From Nanobdellota archaeon (lineage in GTDB: Archaea; Nanobdellota; Nanobdellia; CSSed11-243R1), in assembly GCA_021163365.1 (NCBI GenBank), contig JAGGWW010000006.1, positions 4,123 through 68,122 on the forward strand: a DNA stretch of 64,000 bases, given 5' to 3'. The position numbers and the translations under genes were made by a program. Position 1 is the stretch's first letter. The number at the start of each line of letters is the position of its first letter. Shown here in pieces: positions 60,985 to 64,000 of the stretch. The notes beneath the pieces are model-generated. The model searched no databases. It saw only the letters and a list, made by a program, of their open reading frames with translations, and had not been told where the DNA came from.

Positions 60985-61790
60985 TATACCAACTCATCTA
61001 ATGGATTTTTTATTTTCTTTAATTCAGCTTGAGAAACAGATGTATATATCTGGGTGGTGGATAAATTTGAGTGTCCTAATAACACTTGTATTTTTCTAAT
61101 ATCCACACCAGATTCAAGCAAATGTGTGGCAAAAGAATGCCTTAAAGTGTGTGGAGAAACTTTTTTTGTTATTCCTGCTCTTTGTGCTGCAAGCTTAACA
61201 ACCTTTTGAACATTTCTTTTAGAAAGCTTGCCATTTCTTCCGCTAAAGACATAATCTTCTGGTTTTTTATCTTTCAAAAATTCCTTTAATTCTTCAATTA
61301 AACTGTTTGATATTAAAATCATCCTGTCTTTTGCACCCTTACCTTTTCTTACCCAACCTATTTTATTTTCAAGCTCTAAGTCTTTTACTTTTAGATTAAC
61401 ACATTCATTTAAACGCATTCCTGTTGAATAAAGAAGTTTTATTAAAAGCCTGTGTTTCTTGTTTTTTGTTAAATTTATCATTTTCTTAATTTCTTCTTTT
61501 GTTAAAACAGTTGGTATCTTTTTTGGAATCTTCGGTGTTTTAATATCAAATTTTTTATTAAGTATCTCAGAATAAAAGAATAACAAAGCAGACTTAACAA
61601 GAGCAATTGTTGAGTTTGAAGCACCATTGGAAATAAGTTCTGATAGATATAATTTTATATCGTCTTCATTAACATCTTCTGGATTTTTCTTTATAAATTC
61701 AAGAAACTTTTCATTATAAAATAAATAAGTTAATATTGTTTGCTGACTATAACCACGCAGTTTAAGCTCTGACTCCAACTTTTTAAGCAT
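60984..61790 (-). CDS. xerA: tyrosine recombinase, XerA/XerC/XerD-like
   Basis: C-terminal catalytic region HTLRHSFATHLLESGVDIRKIQVLLGHSNLSTTQIYTSV (R..H..R..Y). N-terminal core-binding domain. Confidence 0.75.
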   Translation of the reverse strand: MLKKLESELKLRGYSQQTILTYLFYNEKFLEFIKKNPEDVNEDDIKLYLSELISNGASNSTIALVKSALLFFYSEILNKKFDIKTPKIPKKIPTVLTKEEIKKMINLTKNKKHRLLIKLLYSTGMRLNECVNLKVKDLELENKIGWVRKGKGAKDRMILISNSLIEELKEFLKDKKPEDYVFSGRNGKLSKRNVQKVVKLAAQRAGITKKVSPHTLRHSFATHLLESGVDIRKIQVLLGHSNLSTTQIYTSVSQAELKKIKNPLDELV

Positions 61791-61874
61791 TTTATTTATA
61801 AAGCATTCTTTATTTATAAAGTTCGCTTTAAAAATCCCAAAGTTAAATAAATGATGAAATAATAATCATAAGCG

Positions 61875-62552
61875 ATGATAGACTTTGATAAACTTATACA
61901 CAATCATGTAAAAAGGGAGGAAAAACCAAAAGTTATTGGAAGATATTATCCTTCTGAAATAGGCTCATGTTTGAGAAAAATTTGGTTTTCTTATAAATAT
62001 CCAAAAGAAACAGAGTCAGAATTATTAAAGATTTTCAAAATTGGAGACATGCTTCATAACTTTGTTGTTGAAGTAATAAAAAGTGAGAAGAATCCTGATG
62101 TTGAACTAATTGATGCTGAAATGCCATTTGAGCTAAAAATGAAAAACTTTGTTATTTCTGGAAGGGTGGATGACATTGTCTTGTTAAAAGCAAATAATAA
62201 AAATATCTTGGTTGAGGTTAAATCAATTAGCAATGTAAACAAGCTTGAAAAAGCAAAACCACAGCATGTTATGCAATTGCAACTTTACATGTTTGCTACA
62301 AAAATAAGAGACGGTATGTTGCTATATGTTGATAAAAGGAATTTGAAAAGCAAGGTTTTTACAATACCTTATGATGAAATTGAAGCAATAAAAGCTCTTG
62401 AGAGATTTAGCATTTTACATGAGCATTTATCTAATAACACAATACCAGAGCCAGAAGCTAAGTTAGATGAAGAAAAGTCATGGATGTGCAAGTACTGTGA
62501 GTACAGGGATTTATGTGAGGAGGCAGATATAAATGGTAAAAAAGACAGATAA
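61875..62552 (+). CDS. Cas4-like PD-(D/E)xK nuclease with Fe-S cluster cysteines
   Basis: N-terminal Cys (SEIGSCLRKIW). Nuclease core GRVDDIV...LVEVKS. C-terminal CKYCEYRDLC triad. This is the RecB-nuclease/Cas4 (DUF83) architecture. Confidence 0.55.
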   Translation: MIDFDKLIHNHVKREEKPKVIGRYYPSEIGSCLRKIWFSYKYPKETESELLKIFKIGDMLHNFVVEVIKSEKNPDVELIDAEMPFELKMKNFVISGRVDDIVLLKANNKNILVEVKSISNVNKLEKAKPQHVMQLQLYMFATKIRDGMLLYVDKRNLKSKVFTIPYDEIEAIKALERFSILHEHLSNNTIPEPEAKLDEEKSWMCKYCEYRDLCEEADINGKKDR

Positions 62553-62745
62553 AATTGGGGATGTTTTAAAAAAATATCCAGAAGCAGCAATGATACTTTT
62601 AGAAGCAGGCTTAGGGTGTGTTGGCTGTCCAATGATGTCTCAAGAAACAATTGAACAAGGATGCAAAGCACATGGTTTAAGCAATGAAGAAATTGATGAA
62701 CTAATTAAAAAAATAAACAAAAAAATAGGTGAGAAAAATGGCTAA
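62533..62745 (+). CDS. DUF1858-like small redox/disulfide domain protein
   Basis: GCVGCPMM motif. 70 aa. Confidence 0.45.
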   Translation: MVKKTDKIGDVLKKYPEAAMILLEAGLGCVGCPMMSQETIEQGCKAHGLSNEEIDELIKKINKKIGEKNG

Positions 62746-63244
62746 GGTTTTAATGATAATTGCCCCAAAAAATTTTAGAGACGAAGAACTTTTCCATACA
62801 AAAGAAGAACTAGAAAAAGAAGGCAATGAAGTTACAATTGCATCAACAACAACAGAAGAAGCAACTGGAATGCTTGGAGGAAAAGCAAAACCAGAAATAA
62901 CAATTGATGAAGTAAATGTTGATGATTACGATGCAATTGTATTTGTTGGCGGTACTGGAGCTTCTATTTACTTTGAAAACCAAAGAGCACACGAGATTGC
63001 AAAACAAGCTTACGAAAAAGGAAAAGTTGTTGCTGCAATCTGCATTGCGCCAAGCACTCTTGCAAACGCTGGAATATTAAAAGGGAAAATGGCAACATCA
63101 TGGCCAAGCGAAGAAACAAACCTACTTGCAAAAGGGGCGTCGTACACAGGAGACCCAGTAACAGTTGATGGAAAAATAGTTACAGCAAATGGACCAACAG
63201 CAGCAAGAAACTTTGGAAGGAAAATTGCTGAGCTGTTAAAATAA
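62729..63244 (+). CDS. DJ-1/PfpI family protein
   Basis: AICIAPS nucleophile-elbow Cys. 171 aa. Confidence 0.75.
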   Translation: MRKMAKVLMIIAPKNFRDEELFHTKEELEKEGNEVTIASTTTEEATGMLGGKAKPEITIDEVNVDDYDAIVFVGGTGASIYFENQRAHEIAKQAYEKGKVVAAICIAPSTLANAGILKGKMATSWPSEETNLLAKGASYTGDPVTVDGKIVTANGPTAARNFGRKIAELLK

Positions 63245-63281
63245 TCGCTTCATTTATATATAAACATGAATTAAAAATATC

Positions 63282-64000
63282 ATGAGAAGCAAACTTCTTT
63301 TAGTAGGAATTTTGTTATCTTTTGCTTTATCAATAACAGCAGCGCAAACATACTACAAGTGTTACGACAGTTGTCCAGCAAAAAACCAAACAGTTGGCTG
63401 CGAGATATATGTAAATGGAAACCTAGCAGTGCAACTTGGAAACCAAACAAACTTCTATTACTATGAATACATAAACGACACTACAAACAACAATTTAGAA
63501 GAATTAGTGTGCTATTATCTTAGTAGCAATGTAACAATATCAACTCCAGCAAAAGCAATGAAATCGCTGAAAACTCCTCGAGTAATACCACCATTGCCAG
63601 CAAACCCAAAACCAGGCAATCCCCCACTTAAAGCAAACCCACCAATTAATCCACCATTGTTTAACTTTAGCAATAAAACACCATTAACAAAATTAGGAGA
63701 AGTAAAGTTGGGACAAAACATTTTCAGCGCGAAGTATTTCACATGTTCTAAAGACTGCCCAGAACCACAAGAAGGATATGAATTTATTGGTTGCATGATA
63801 GTAGTTAATCATGCTTTCTTTAATGCTGTTGGAAGATTACCAGAAGTAAAACCAGGAGTGAGAAACCCAGGCTATACATACATAGCATCGCACACAGATG
63901 TGAAAAATGGGAACATTGTATATGAAGAAATCATTAGCTGTGAATACTGGGAAAAAGGAAAACCACTTCCTCCAAAATTTGAACCATTTGATTATAGAGA
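63282..64000 (+). CDS. partial secreted Cys/Pro/Asn-rich protein (C-terminus beyond window)
   Basis: Signal peptide MRSKLLLVGILLSFALSITAAQT; N-glycosylation-like N.T sequons. No stop before the window end. Confidence 0.35.
   Translation, partial: MRSKLLLVGILLSFALSITAAQTYYKCYDSCPAKNQTVGCEIYVNGNLAVQLGNQTNFYYYEYINDTTNNNLEELVCYYLSSNVTISTPAKAMKSLKTPRVIPPLPANPKPGNPPLKANPPINPPLFNFSNKTPLTKLGEVKLGQNIFSAKYFTCSKDCPEPQEGYEFIGCMIVVNHAFFNAVGRLPEVKPGVRNPGYTYIASHTDVKNGNIVYEEIISCEYWEKGKPLPPKFEPFDYR

Overview
AT-rich archaeal chromosomal segment whose stable-RNA genes are much more GC-rich than its coding DNA. The protein-coding backbone is conserved information-processing machinery: rpoH-rpoB2(B'')-rpoB1(B')-rpoA1-rpoA2-L30e-NusA-S12-S7 with a split B subunit, aIF-1A, Topo VI B/A, RIO kinase plus KH protein, XerA, dTMP kinase, a two-subunit 2-oxoacid:ferredoxin oxidoreductase and an ADP-forming acetyl-CoA synthetase alpha subunit. 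RNA genes are 16S (41586..43234), 23S (~47225..50355, unlinked from 16S by 3.4 kb of protein genes), a putative RNase P RNA (53885..54184), ten tRNAs, and a tiny eL41 gene that the ORF track missed. Headline observation: 9 of 10 tRNAs and both large rRNAs are interrupted, mostly at non-canonical positions (D-loop, T-loop, anticodon stem). The insertions belong to one family of short hairpin elements (core CCCTTTC..loop..GAAAGGG, 30-90 nt). Near-identical copies sit in unrelated genes: tRNA-Asn D-loop, tRNA-Ile D-loop, and the 16S GGATTAGATACCC site. One copy is nested inside another (tRNA-Asp vs tRNA-Glu D-loop). This looks like a proliferating mini-intron family, presumably excised at bulge-helix-bulge motifs. 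A second notable region is a tight Ku / ATP-dependent DNA ligase / radical-SAM (SplB-like) / HhH-protein / Hel308 operon. It is a rare archaeal NHEJ-type island, and its Hel308 carries a 509-aa LAGLIDADG intein (10888..12414). Other items: a HEPN/MNT toxin-antitoxin pair, a JAMM/MPN+ protein flanked by tRNA genes, a RelA/SpoT-type HD small alarmone hydrolase beside an AbrB-PhoU-like regulator, and a XerA-type integrase divergent from a Cas4-like Fe-S nuclease. All calls rest on motifs read directly from the supplied sequence and ORF translations; no database searches were run.
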